From NCBI GenBank assembly GCA_017543835.1, contig JAFYFJ010000020.1, positions 36,027-100,026 on the forward strand: a stretch of DNA of 64,000 nt, read 5' to 3'. This stretch comes from Alphaproteobacteria bacterium (GTDB lineage Bacteria > Pseudomonadota > Alphaproteobacteria > RF32 > CAG-239). Below are positions 10,303-20,041 of this stretch, piece by piece (within the stretch, counting starts at the first letter, position 1; each line of letters begins with the position of its first letter). Position numbers and translations under genes: made by a program. Below the pieces are notes generated by a model, which saw only the letters and a list, made by a program, of their open reading frames with translations, was not told where the DNA came from and did no database searches.

Positions 10303-10824
10303 TTAAGCTCCTTTCAATCTGACTTCACGAATTTGCGGCATATACTTCTGAAATGTCCGCATAATAACATTTTGCAAGGTGTTTTGCGCATACGGGCAAC
10401 CGGCACAATGACCGGTGAACGAGAGCTCTAAAACACCGTTCGTAACCGAGTGAATTTCTATATCGCCGCCGTCGCGGTTGAGGGTCGGACGAATAAACGC
10501 GTCCGCCGCCGCTTCGGCTTGCTCTTTTGCGGAAGCATTATCATAATTTGCCGCAAAAGCTTGTTGTTCGCTCAAAAAATCATCAATTTCTGCCAAAACC
10601 AATGCCTTGGCATTTTCAAACTGCGTTGCCTCGTAGTGCACCGAAACGACTTCGGGCGCAATCATACAGCGCTTAATACCGTCAATGCCGATAATTCTGT
10701 TTGGCAATGTATCTTGCGCATAAGGACGGTCTTGCACAAACAATGTGCCGGCCGGCGCAATATTTTGCGGCGGATAAAAATTCATAATTTGCTTTTGTTC
10801 AAAATTTTCAAATTTAATCTGCAT
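10303..10824 (-). CDS. NifU/Nfu-family Fe-S cluster assembly protein
   Basis: 173 aa. C-terminal NifU-type CxxC (GHCAGCPYAQNTLQ) preceded by an Nfu_N-like domain. Confidence 0.75.
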   Translation of the reverse strand: MQIKFENFEQKQIMNFYPPQNIAPAGTLFVQDRPYAQDTLPNRIIGIDGIKRCMIAPEVVSVHYEATQFENAKALVLAEIDDFLSEQQAFAANYDNASAKEQAEAAADAFIRPTLNRDGGDIEIHSVTNGVLELSFTGHCAGCPYAQNTLQNVIMRTFQKYMPQIREVRLKGA

Positions 10825-12007
10825 AGCGTTCTTCCGTCAATTTGTTATTGATTTTTTCTGCTGAAACGACGGCGCGCAGCAGATAATAATTTTGTATGAG
10901 CAAATGATTCGGTGCCATCAGACTTTTCGGCATTCCGTTACGCACGGAAAACGGCTCAAATTCGGCGGCCTTTTTAAGTGAATTGACGAGATAAGTCCAC
11001 TCGGTGTATACATTTGCTTCCAAAATGGTGTCACGAAAATCAAACCCCAAAGTTTTGGTAATTTGCCACAAAGCAAATGCATATCCCTTGGCCTGATAAA
11101 ATAAATCGTCGGACTTAGTGTCAATCCAATCGGTGTCGTGCTCTAATTGATGATTTTCGTTTTGTCGAGCGAGTTTGTGCAGGCCCTTGCCGATTTTATT
11201 CAATAAAGCGCTTAAATCTTCGGCTTTCGGATAATATACGCCGTCTTTGCCGAACTTATGCAATTCCGCCGCCGCCTTACGATATTGCGCATTTGACGAC
11301 GGTGCCAAACTCAGCCCGTCTTTTTTATTCATCAGCCAAACCGTCGGCGAATATGCTAAAAATTCGGCGGCCTTTTTAATATCTTGCTTTTGCGCGTCGG
11401 TGTTTTGGTCGAAACCGCGCATAACGGCGGTAACATCGCGAAGTGCATACACGATTCCGATTTGAAAATTCGGCATATTGTCAAGCATATAAGCCGGAAA
11501 AATCGGCGGCAGATTCGGTGTCCACATCTTGTCATCAATTTCGCGTTTGAGCAAAAACGACATGGTCTCCGGTGCTTCCAGTATCGGAATATGCTTGCCC
11601 TGCGGCTTGTATTCGGTCCGCACATCGATATTTTCCGCCATCAGACACCCCAAGGCATAGTAGCAGAACACAAAAGTCGGAATACCGATGAGCAATGCTT
11701 TCGGCAAGCCGGTGACTTTATGAGCCGCTTTGCGCAGTTTTTTATAAACTTCCGATTTTTTGAACTTAAATTTTTTAAGACGCGTCCAACATTGTTTGCC
11801 GAGCAGTTTATAATCTGTTTTACGCAGTTTTTGATATAGATTTTGAGCTTGTGTCCGCCACGGATACGCTGCCAATGCGTTCTTTTTTTGCACGGCGAAA
11901 TCGCGCGTTTTTTGCCAAAGTGAAACAAACAACACGGATTGCTCGGTTTCTGTTTTGTTTCCCGCTTCGATTTCGGTCGATTCCTTATTTTGCCGTTTGT
12001 TTGCCAT
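10814..12007 (-). CDS. hypothetical membrane-anchored protein (possibly DUF2333 family)
   Basis: 397-aa ORF with one TM (LLIGIPTFVFCYYALGCLM). Overlaps the murJ stop and the nifU-like start, so it is in the same operon. The family guess is from memory of the LDNMPNFQIG-type motif only. Confidence 0.6.
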   Translation of the reverse strand: MANKRQNKESTEIEAGNKTETEQSVLFVSLWQKTRDFAVQKKNALAAYPWRTQAQNLYQKLRKTDYKLLGKQCWTRLKKFKFKKSEVYKKLRKAAHKVTGLPKALLIGIPTFVFCYYALGCLMAENIDVRTEYKPQGKHIPILEAPETMSFLLKREIDDKMWTPNLPPIFPAYMLDNMPNFQIGIVYALRDVTAVMRGFDQNTDAQKQDIKKAAEFLAYSPTVWLMNKKDGLSLAPSSNAQYRKAAAELHKFGKDGVYYPKAEDLSALLNKIGKGLHKLARQNENHQLEHDTDWIDTKSDDLFYQAKGYAFALWQITKTLGFDFRDTILEANVYTEWTYLVNSLKKAAEFEPFSVRNGMPKSLMAPNHLLIQNYYLLRAVVSAEKINNKLTEERYAD

Positions 12008-13571
12008 ACCTTTTTCTCACTGCGTCAATAATGTCACCAAAGTCAATAATATGTAATATTTTAGCCATAATCAGAAAAATTGCAAGAGCAAATGTGCCGA
12101 CAGCGGCTAAAACATAAAAAACATAAAAACTGCCGGCCAAATAAGTCGGAAAATAATGTTGTGCCGCCAATATGGCGCCGTGCGCACATCCGCCCATAAC
12201 CAAACAGGCCGTCGCGATTTTCAGCATTTTTATCAATAACGGTTTCTTAAAACGCCAATAACCGCGTTTTTGCAGGCCGGCAATATATTGTCCGAGCGAT
12301 ACAAACGCCGCAATCGTTGTCGCCATCGCAATTCCGACGTGGCCGAAAAAGCGCATCAAAATAATGTTGAAAGTCAGATTGGTCACAAATACCCAAAAGC
12401 TGTATTTAACAGGCGTTACCGTATCGCCGCGGGCAAAAAAGTTCGGCATCAGCGCCTTAGTCATCACATAGCACGGTAAGCCCACCGAATAAGCAATAAC
12501 CGCGTATGCCGTCTGTGTTGCATCAACGGCGGAAAAACGTCCGTGTCGGAATAAAAACGTGACCACCGGCTCGGCCAAAACAATCAGTAACACCGCCGCC
12601 GGCAACGACAACAACAGGCCGTATTCGACCGCTTTGTCCTGTGTAGTGCGGGCATTGTCGATATCTCCGGCTTTAAGGTATTTGGATAAAATCGGCAACA
12701 AGGCAACGCTGATGGCCGCACCGACCACACCGAGCGGAAGTTGCTGTAACCGATTCGCATAATAAAGCCACGAAATTGCGCCTGCACCGGCAAGCGACAC
12801 CAAAATCGTATCAACCGCCATGTTGATTTGATAAATACCGGCGCCGACCACCCCCGGTGCAATTCGCTTAAACAATGTCTTAATCTCAGGGTTGTGCATA
12901 ATTTTGATAAGATGAATATACGGATGAAGCGTTACGCCGGCACGCTTTAAAAATATATGCAACCACAGCATTTCCAAAATGCCGGCAATCGTGATGCCAA
13001 GCGCAAAGCCGTGTGCCGGTGTCGGCATAAACGGCACAAACACAAACGCCGAGAGAATCATCGTTAAGTTCAAAATAATCGGGGCCGCCGCCGGAGCCGC
13101 AAATTTTTCAAACGAATTCAAAATACCGCCCTGAAAAGATACAATCGAAATCAGCAACAAAAACGGAAAAGTTATGCGGCAAAGCTCGGTTGCCAACTCG
13201 ATTTTACCGGCATCACCGTGGAACCCCGGTGCCAAAACCGAAACAACATACGGCATTAACAGCTCAAACAGCACCACGAGCAAGCCGACAATAACGGTCA
13301 AAATCATCATCGCCTGCGCCGCAAAAAAAATCGAGCGCTTTTTGCCTTCTGCCACCAATTTTTGCGAAAACAACGGCACAAACGCACTGGTAAACGCCCC
13401 TTCGGCAAACAAACTGCGGAACAGATTCGGCAATTTGAACGCCACCACAAACGCGTCAGCCATCGCACTTGCGCCCATAAAATACGCCAGCACCATATCG
13501 CGCACAAAGCCGGTCACACGACTGACAAGCGTGAAACCGCCGAAGGTTGCAATTGATTTGAATAATGACAT
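11985..13571 (-). CDS. murJ: lipid II flippase MurJ
   Basis: 528 aa, polytopic. The N-terminus ...LVSRVTGFVRDMVLAYFMGASAMADAFVVAFKLPNLFRSLFAEGAFTSAFVPLF is the MurJ/MviN signature region. Confidence 0.93.
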   Translation of the reverse strand: MSLFKSIATFGGFTLVSRVTGFVRDMVLAYFMGASAMADAFVVAFKLPNLFRSLFAEGAFTSAFVPLFSQKLVAEGKKRSIFFAAQAMMILTVIVGLLVVLFELLMPYVVSVLAPGFHGDAGKIELATELCRITFPFLLLISIVSFQGGILNSFEKFAAPAAAPIILNLTMILSAFVFVPFMPTPAHGFALGITIAGILEMLWLHIFLKRAGVTLHPYIHLIKIMHNPEIKTLFKRIAPGVVGAGIYQINMAVDTILVSLAGAGAISWLYYANRLQQLPLGVVGAAISVALLPILSKYLKAGDIDNARTTQDKAVEYGLLLSLPAAVLLIVLAEPVVTFLFRHGRFSAVDATQTAYAVIAYSVGLPCYVMTKALMPNFFARGDTVTPVKYSFWVFVTNLTFNIILMRFFGHVGIAMATTIAAFVSLGQYIAGLQKRGYWRFKKPLLIKMLKIATACLVMGGCAHGAILAAQHYFPTYLAGSFYVFYVLAAVGTFALAIFLIMAKILHIIDFGDIIDAVRKRYGKQTAK

Positions 13572-13671
13572 AATTCGTCCCTTTCGCCCTTATTTTATGC
13601 CATATTAATCAATGTTCGTAACAAAATGGTTACTTTTTATCACAAATATGCAAAATATTTACAAAAAACAC

Positions 13672-13700
13672 TTGACAAAAAATATTATGCGTGTTATGCT
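13672..13700 (+). promoter_or_regulatory. sigma70-like promoter for the 13757 ORF
   Basis: TTGACA (13672-13677), 17-nt spacer, TATGCT (13695-13700), ~55 nt upstream of the ATG. Confidence 0.5.
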
Positions 13701-13756
13701 TAGACAAAAGATGAAAAAATTCGTCGGAAACGGCGATTGAAAAAAGGAATAAAAAG

Positions 13757-14197
13757 ATGACTGAGAAGAGTTTGGCACAAGAGTTTACCAAGAAAACGGC
13801 TACGATGATTGGGAAGCCGGAGGTAGCCAGTGCAATTGACCCGCGTTGTGGCGCAAGGCCGGAAGACCTGAAGAAAATGTATGCAAATGCGGTGATGGCG
13901 GAGTTTGAAAATAACAGGGTCGAAGCGATTCGCCCAGGTTGCGGTATGCCGCTTCAGACAATGAAAGAAGTTTTCGGTCAGGAACTTGCCGAGATGTTAC
14001 CGAATGCTTTGGCGGCAAAATCTCCTTCTCCGGAACAAATGTTTGTTATTGAACAGGCATATCTGAAATTGCAAGAACGCAATAATGATGCTAAGCCGCA
14101 AACCAATGCCTTTGCCGATTTGGCTAAAAATGTTGCGCCGCAGTCGAAAGTTGACTTTATGGCAAAGTTTAGAGAACAACATATGAAAGGGATGTAA
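13757..14197 (+). CDS. hypothetical protein
   Basis: 146-aa ORF with its own promoter-like element and a downstream terminator. No signal peptide, TM or recognisable motif. Confidence 0.6.
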   Translation: MTEKSLAQEFTKKTATMIGKPEVASAIDPRCGARPEDLKKMYANAVMAEFENNRVEAIRPGCGMPLQTMKEVFGQELAEMLPNALAAKSPSPEQMFVIEQAYLKLQERNNDAKPQTNAFADLAKNVAPQSKVDFMAKFREQHMKGM

Positions 14198-14215
14198 TCC
14201 CCTGTTTTGCAAATT

Positions 14216-14238
14216 GCCCGCTTCGGCGGGCTTTTTTT
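14216..14238 (+). terminator. intrinsic terminator
   Basis: gcccgc-ttcg-gcgggc followed by TTTTTTT. Confidence 0.75.
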
Positions 14239-14404
14239 ATGCTTGATTTTGAAGATTCTGCTTGCATTTCAAAAAATTATGTGTTAACAGAGTCATCGAA
14301 AAACGAATCGCTTTTATGTATGAGCCGCAAGGCCACCGTAGTAAAAGCACTGTATCAATCCGCTTTGTCATGCAAAGCTTAGAGAAAATGAAAGGAAAAC
14401 ACCT

Positions 14405-14863
14405 ATGAGACATGGTGACGCACATAAAAAATTCAGTATGCCGAAAAGCCAAAGAAGAGCTTTGTTCTCCAATTTGACCGGTGCATTGTTGACACACGAA
14501 CAAATTACAATCACTTTGACCCGCGCGAAAGAACTCAGAACTTTTGCCGATAAGATGATTACTTATGCCAAAAAAGGTGACCTCAACAGTCGTCGTCTGG
14601 CTGCCGGCTTCTTGCGCAACAACGAAGTTGTTTCCAAACTTTTCTCGACTTTGGCGGAACGTTATAAGGAACGCAACGGCGGTTATACCCGCGTGTTGAA
14701 GTCCGGTTTCCGTTACGGTGACTGTGCGCCGATGGCAATCATTGAATTGGTTGACCGCGACGTTAATGCAAAAGGCGCCAAGGATTTGGCTCGCGTTGCC
14801 GCTGAAAAAGCTGCCGCCGCCGAAGCCGAAAAAGCCGAGAGCGAAGGAACGGAAAACAAATAG
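14405..14863 (+). CDS. rplQ: 50S ribosomal protein L17
   Basis: [29 protein letters not shown]... and [10 protein letters not shown] are classic L17 segments. Ala/Glu-rich C-terminal tail. Confidence 0.92.
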   Translation: MRHGDAHKKFSMPKSQRRALFSNLTGALLTHEQITITLTRAKELRTFADKMITYAKKGDLNSRRLAAGFLRNNEVVSKLFSTLAERYKERNGGYTRVLKSGFRYGDCAPMAIIELVDRDVNAKGAKDLARVAAEKAAAAEAEKAESEGTENK

Positions 14864-14885
14864 TTTTCTAAAGAAAAAATCAAAG

Positions 14886-14912
14886 CGCCGCTTAATTTGA
14901 GCGGCGTTTTTT
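14886..14912 (+). terminator. intrinsic terminator after rplQ
   Basis: cgccgc (14886-91) / gcggcg (14901-06) stem followed by a T6 run. Confidence 0.7.
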
Positions 14913-14973
14913 GTTAGCCGTTAACGGAAATCACCGGATTTTACGGCGGGTCCTTTTTTGTTATGCGGCACAT

Positions 14974-15198
14974 TTATTCAAATACGATTCGCATTTTTTT
15001 GCCGTAAAATTCGGTCAGACGACGGAAAGCATTATGCTTTAAAAATTTACCGTTTTCCATACCCTCAATCATACGTTCGGGAACTTTGGTATGATAAGCA
15101 ACCGTGCGTAAATACATATGTCTTTCTTGCCGCATCTGCCACAATTCGCGTCCGATGGCACGCAATGTTTCTTTATCCGTAAAAATACATTTTGACAT
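14974..15198 (-). CDS. small XRE-like helix-turn-helix protein
   Basis: 74 aa. LRAIGRELWQMRQERHMYLRTVAYHTKVPERMIEGMENGK fits an HTH_XRE pattern. AAGGAG RBS upstream. Confidence 0.5.
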   Translation of the reverse strand: MSKCIFTDKETLRAIGRELWQMRQERHMYLRTVAYHTKVPERMIEGMENGKFLKHNAFRRLTEFYGKKMRIVFE

Positions 15199-15225
15199 CG
15201 TTCAGAACTCCTTAATTTGCCTTTG

Positions 15226-15261
15226 TTAAAACAAAAACCACCTCAAATCTCTTCAAGGTGG
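15226..15261 (-). terminator. hairpin plus T-tract on the minus strand (end of a candidate sRNA or leader)
   Basis: On the minus strand: ccacct-(12-nt loop)-aggtgg followed by tttttgtttt, 28 nt before the XRE-like ATG. Confidence 0.45.
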
Positions 15262-15387
15262 GGAGTTCCTAACTGCATACAGACAGTTCGACGTATTCAA
15301 TATATTCCGCCGACTCCCCATTTATGAGGAGTTATTTCTGTATGAGGAGTTAGGATACTCCGCCGACAACCTCTTGCCGACAAAACC

Positions 15388-15415
15388 ATAATAAAAAAAC
15401 TGTCGTAAAATGCAA
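15388..15415 (-). promoter_or_regulatory. sigma70-like promoter on the minus strand
   Basis: Minus-strand TTGCAT (15415-15410), 16-nt spacer, TATTAT (15393-15388). Lies just downstream of the binding-protein stop. Confidence 0.4.
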
Positions 15416-15422
15416 GTGATTT

Positions 15423-16535
15423 TTAATAAACTTTAACGAAACCGCCGTTTTCATAACGATAAATCGCATAACTTTCGTTTGTTTTCGGTGCGCCGTTGTG
15501 AAACATTTTGTAGCCGAATTCGGTGCGGATTTTTTGGTTATTCACGGTCGCCGAGAGTTTGTCGTAATCAAATGATTTTGCTTTTTGCACCAAATTTTGC
15601 CACAACTTGACCGCGGCATAACCGTAGAGCGACAAGCCCTCCGCCTCAAACCCGCTGAGTCGGAGTTTGACCAAGGTTTCGGCAAATTCCGGGTCATCGA
15701 CATTGCCTTTAAGCTCCATAAAATAGGTGCCCTCGGCATAATCGCCCAAATCGTCGAAATATTTTTCGCCGGCTTTGTAGCGGTTGGTAAAAATCACAAA
15801 ATCCGGCTGTTCGCGTCGCAAAGCATAGGCCATTTTGCGAATATTTGCCGACGAGCCGAGCAAAAAGGCCAGTTTATTGCCGTCTTGCAAGACCTTTTCG
15901 GAGAGCGCAATATAATCTTTGTCGGTTTGCTGATAATTATAAGATTGCACAATGACCGATTTGCCGTGTTTCAGAAATTCGTCGGCAATTGCTTGTGCTT
16001 CGGAAACACTTTCGCCGTTGTCGAGATTATGCACAACGGCCACACGGTCGCCGGCAAAATGCGTGTTATAAAAAGCAAAAAAGTCCTTGGCTTCCTGATT
16101 GGTGTAGCCGAGCATTTTCACCAAGCCCTTTTTGATTGTTTTTGCCTGCGCAAAGTCGACGGTTGTCGGAATAATCTGAAAAATATGCGCATTGGCATAT
16201 ATATCCGCTACCTGCTCAAACGCATTGGCGCAATACGGGCCGATAACGAGCGATACTTTGTTCTCTTTTTGAATACTCAGCATTTGTGCGGTAGAAACGG
16301 CAATACTGTCGCTGCATTGGTCATCGATTTTTAAAAGTGATATTTTTTTCTTTAAAACACCGCCGTCACGATTTATTTCTTCAATCGCGCGCTCAACGCC
16401 GGTTGTCAGTTCTTCGCCCTGTTGTCGATAATCTTCCGCCATCGGCACAATAAGCGCGACCGTTATTTTTGCATACGTCGGGAATGCATAAAATAATAAC
16501 GTCGCCAAGACCATATACTTAAAAAAATATCGCAT
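15423..16535 (-). CDS. periplasmic substrate-binding protein, LivK/type-1 PBP family (orphan, no adjacent permease or ATPase)
   Basis: Signal peptide MRYFFKYMVLATLLFYAFPTYA, then ITVALIVPM...GPYCANAFEQV, typical of Leu/Ile/Val-binding-type PBPs. The ATG at 16535 is preferred over the upstream start at 16559. Confidence 0.75.
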   Translation of the reverse strand: MRYFFKYMVLATLLFYAFPTYAKITVALIVPMAEDYRQQGEELTTGVERAIEEINRDGGVLKKKISLLKIDDQCSDSIAVSTAQMLSIQKENKVSLVIGPYCANAFEQVADIYANAHIFQIIPTTVDFAQAKTIKKGLVKMLGYTNQEAKDFFAFYNTHFAGDRVAVVHNLDNGESVSEAQAIADEFLKHGKSVIVQSYNYQQTDKDYIALSEKVLQDGNKLAFLLGSSANIRKMAYALRREQPDFVIFTNRYKAGEKYFDDLGDYAEGTYFMELKGNVDDPEFAETLVKLRLSGFEAEGLSLYGYAAVKLWQNLVQKAKSFDYDKLSATVNNQKIRTEFGYKMFHNGAPKTNESYAIYRYENGGFVKVY

Positions 16536-16661
16536 ATTCGCACAAATTGATATTAACACAATATTGAACTTAGCCGAAAAAAATTATATTTGCAATAATT
16601 TATTAAATTGTTGCGAAAAGCAAAGGATTGGTATATATCAAAAGTCAATGGAGAAAGGAAA

Positions 16662-19481
16662 ATGGCGGAGAGCAAATATATCGAAATCAAAGGTGCGCGG
16701 CAACATAACCTGAAAAATGTGAATGTCAACATTCCGAAAAACAAGCTGACGGTTATTACCGGCCTGTCCGGCTCGGGCAAGTCTTCTCTGGCCTTTGACA
16801 CGATTTATGCCGAAGGGCAACGGCGCTATGTGGAAAGTTTGTCGGTTTATGCACGGCAATTTCTCGATTTAATGAGCAAGCCGGATGTCGATTCGATCGA
16901 AGGATTGTCTCCGGCAATTTCGATTGAACAGAAGACCGTTTCGCATAATCCGCGTTCGACAGTCGGCACCATCACCGAAATCTATGATTATATGCGCTTG
17001 CTGTGGGCGCGTGCCGGCACGCCGTATTCGCCGGCGACCGGTCTGCCGATAGAAGCGCAGTCAACCACGCAGATGGTCGATAAAATTTGTGAATATCCGC
17101 AAGGCACAAAGCTGATTTTGCTTTCGCCGATAGCGCGCGGCAAAAAAGGCGAGTTCAAAAAAGAATTTGCCGAGTTGCAGAAAAAGGGCTTTCAACGCCT
17201 CAATATCGACGGCGAGATTTACAACATCGAAGAATTGCCGAACCTGAATAAAAACAACAAGCACAATATCGAGGTTGTGGTTGACCGCATTGTTGTCAAA
17301 GAGGGGATTCAAACGCGTGTGGCGCAGTCGGTGGAAACGGCGCTCAAATTGAGTGACGGGCTTTTGTATGTCGAAAACGTGGGCGATAAGTCGCGGGCGA
17401 CGTTTTCTTCAAAATTTGCGTGTCCGGTATCAGGTTTTACCATAGAAGAAATCGAGCCGCGCCTGTTTTCGTTCAATAATCCGCAGGGTGCGTGTCCGCA
17501 TTGCGGCGGTTTGGGCGCGAGTTTGTATATGGACCCGGAACTTGTGGTGCCAAACGAAAATCTGAGCTTGGCCGAAGGGGCAATTGCGCCGTGGTCGGTC
17601 AGTAGCCATTCGATTTTCTATCGGCAAACGCTCAATTCGCTGTGTGAATATCTCGATATATCCAACAAAACGCCGTGGAAGGACTTGCCGCCGTATGCGC
17701 AGGAAACGATTCTTTACGGTTCGGGCAACCGCTGTGTGCCGATGGTTTTCTCGAAATGGGTGAGTGATAAGCCGTTTGAGGGTGTGATTCCGAATTTGGA
17801 GCGTCGATTCGTCGAAACCGATTCGGCGGCGGTGCGGGATGAACTTTCGCACTATCAATCGGCCGCACCGTGTGAAGTGTGTCACGGCAAGCGGCTCAAA
17901 CAAGAAGCGTTGGCGGTCAAAGTTGCCGGCTCGGATATTATGGATGCCAGTAATATGTCGGTAAAGCAGGAACTCGCGTGGTTTGAAGGGGTGGAAGCGC
18001 AGTTGACGCCGCAAAAACGCGAAATCGCGCACAAAATCGTTAAGGAAATTCACGAGCGGCTCAGCTTTTTAAATAATGTCGGGCTCGATTATTTAACGCT
18101 GTCGCGGCAGTCAGGGACGCTTTCCGGCGGGGAAGCGCAACGGATTCGCTTGGCGTCGCAAATCGGCACCGGTCTGACCGGTGTGATGTATGTTTTGGAC
18201 GAGCCGTCCATCGGTTTGCACCAGCGCGATAACGATAAACTTCTCGACAGTTTGCGCCGTCTGCGCGACATCGGCAATACCGTAATTGTGGTCGAACACG
18301 ACGAAGACGCGATGCGTGCCGCCGATTATTTGATAGATATGGGACCGCTTGCCGGAACTTTCGGCGGTGAAGTGACGGCATCGGGCACGGTTGATGAAGT
18401 GTTGCGCAACCCGAACAGCTTGACCGCAAAATATTTAAATGGTGAAAAAGAAATTGCACTTCCGGCAAAACGCCGCAAAGGCAATGGTAAGTTTTTGGAA
18501 CTCAAAGGCGCACGCACCAACAATTTAAAAAATGTCGATTTGAAGATTCCGCTCGGCACGTTCACTTGTGTAACCGGTATTTCCGGCAGCGGTAAGTCAT
18601 CGCTGATTTTGGAAACATTGTTTAAGGCGGTGGATAAAGAAATGAACGGCAGTCGGGTGCCGCCGGGGCCTTATGACAAGCTTATCGGCTTAGAAAATAT
18701 CGATAAGGTCATCGATATCGACCAGTCACCTATCGGGCGCACGCCGCGTTCAAATCCGGCAACCTACACCGGCGTGTTCACCAATATTCGCGACTGGTTT
18801 GCCGAGTTGCCGGAAGCCAAGGCACGCGGCTATACATCGGGCTATTTTTCGTTTAACGTTCCGGGCGGACGGTGCGAGGCGTGCAAGGGTGACGGCGTGA
18901 TGAAAATCGAAATGAACTTTTTGCCGGACGTTTATGTTCCGTGTGATGCCTGCCACGGCACACGCTACAACCGTGAAACGCTTGAGGTTAAGTTTAAGGA
19001 TAAGTCAATTGCCGATGTTTTGGATATGACCATCGACGATGCGTATAAGTTTTTTGAGAATATTCCGGCGATTAAACGGCGGTTGGATTTGTTGCGCCGT
19101 GTCGGCTTGGGCTATGTCAAACTCGGACAACCGGCACCGACACTTTCCGGCGGCGAGGCGCAACGCATTAAACTTTCTAAAGAACTGAGCAAAAAAGCCA
19201 CCGGTAAAACGCTGTATATTTTAGATGAGCCGACGACCGGCTTGCATTTTGAAGACATTCAACATCTTCTCGATGTGCTTGAAATGTTGGTGGAGCAGGG
19301 CAATACCGTGGTGGTGATTGAGCATAATCTCGATGTCATCAAAATGGCGGATTATATCGTTGATGTCGGACCGGAAGGCGGCGAGGGCGGCGGCACAATC
19401 GTGGCACAAGGCACACCGGAAGAAGTGGCCAAAAGCAAAAAAAGCTGGACCGGCAAATATCTGAAAGGCAAACTGAAGTGA
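16662..19481 (+). CDS. uvrA: excinuclease ABC subunit A
   Basis: [20 protein letters not shown]..., two Walker A sites ([18 protein letters not shown]), LSGGEAQR signatures and Zn-finger CxxC pairs. The ATG at 16662 with an AAAGGAAA RBS is preferred over the 16608 start. Confidence 0.95.
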   Translation: MAESKYIEIKGARQHNLKNVNVNIPKNKLTVITGLSGSGKSSLAFDTIYAEGQRRYVESLSVYARQFLDLMSKPDVDSIEGLSPAISIEQKTVSHNPRSTVGTITEIYDYMRLLWARAGTPYSPATGLPIEAQSTTQMVDKICEYPQGTKLILLSPIARGKKGEFKKEFAELQKKGFQRLNIDGEIYNIEELPNLNKNNKHNIEVVVDRIVVKEGIQTRVAQSVETALKLSDGLLYVENVGDKSRATFSSKFACPVSGFTIEEIEPRLFSFNNPQGACPHCGGLGASLYMDPELVVPNENLSLAEGAIAPWSVSSHSIFYRQTLNSLCEYLDISNKTPWKDLPPYAQETILYGSGNRCVPMVFSKWVSDKPFEGVIPNLERRFVETDSAAVRDELSHYQSAAPCEVCHGKRLKQEALAVKVAGSDIMDASNMSVKQELAWFEGVEAQLTPQKREIAHKIVKEIHERLSFLNNVGLDYLTLSRQSGTLSGGEAQRIRLASQIGTGLTGVMYVLDEPSIGLHQRDNDKLLDSLRRLRDIGNTVIVVEHDEDAMRAADYLIDMGPLAGTFGGEVTASGTVDEVLRNPNSLTAKYLNGEKEIALPAKRRKGNGKFLELKGARTNNLKNVDLKIPLGTFTCVTGISGSGKSSLILETLFKAVDKEMNGSRVPPGPYDKLIGLENIDKVIDIDQSPIGRTPRSNPATYTGVFTNIRDWFAELPEAKARGYTSGYFSFNVPGGRCEACKGDGVMKIEMNFLPDVYVPCDACHGTRYNRETLEVKFKDKSIADVLDMTIDDAYKFFENIPAIKRRLDLLRRVGLGYVKLGQPAPTLSGGEAQRIKLSKELSKKATGKTLYILDEPTTGLHFEDIQHLLDVLEMLVEQGNTVVVIEHNLDVIKMADYIVDVGPEGGEGGGTIVAQGTPEEVAKSKKSWTGKYLKGKLK

Positions 19482-20041
19482 GTGACGGCGTTAACGAAAA
19501 AATATTGCTGCTTTCGTGCTGTGCGCCGTGTTCGTGCGCCGTTATAAAGACGTTGGCCGAGCAAAAAAAGGATTTCGCCGTGGTGTTTTATAATCCGAAC
19601 ATTCGTCCGTTTGCCGAATATGAAAAGCGCCGCGACGAAAACAAGCGCGTGTGTGAACTTTACGGCATCGACTTTATTGAATTAGAATACGATAACGAGC
19701 GGTGGTGCGAATTAACACACGGACTGGAAAATGAACCGGAACGTGGCGCGCGCTGTTCGATTTGCTTTTATATGCGGCTCAAACGCGCCATGGAATATGC
19801 CAAAGCAAACGGCTACACGGCGGTCGGTTCGGTTTTGGGCGTATCGCGGTGGAAAAATCTGGCGCAGGTCAACGATTCGGCATATAAAGCGGCAGAAGAA
19901 ACCGGTGTGCCGTATGTTGAAATTGAGGGGCGCAAACACGGTATGCAGGAGTTGCGTGCCAAACTTATCAGAGAATTGAATTTATACAATCAAAACTATT
20001 GCGGTTGCAAGCCGCTTAACAACAAACAGGAGGAAAAATAA
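19478..20041 (+). CDS. queH: epoxyqueuosine reductase QueH (DUF208)
   Basis: [10 protein letters not shown]...FYNPNI.P..EY..R...[10 protein letters not shown] pattern of QueH. The GTG start overlaps the uvrA stop. Confidence 0.8.
   Translation: MSDGVNEKILLLSCCAPCSCAVIKTLAEQKKDFAVVFYNPNIRPFAEYEKRRDENKRVCELYGIDFIELEYDNERWCELTHGLENEPERGARCSICFYMRLKRAMEYAKANGYTAVGSVLGVSRWKNLAQVNDSAYKAAEETGVPYVEIEGRKHGMQELRAKLIRELNLYNQNYCGCKPLNNKQEEK

Noticed and set aside
14237-14503. 88-aa minus-strand ORF overlapping the rplQ start and leader.
   Set aside because: It overlaps a highly conserved ribosomal protein gene in antisense, has no RBS, and has Cys/Phe-rich odd composition.
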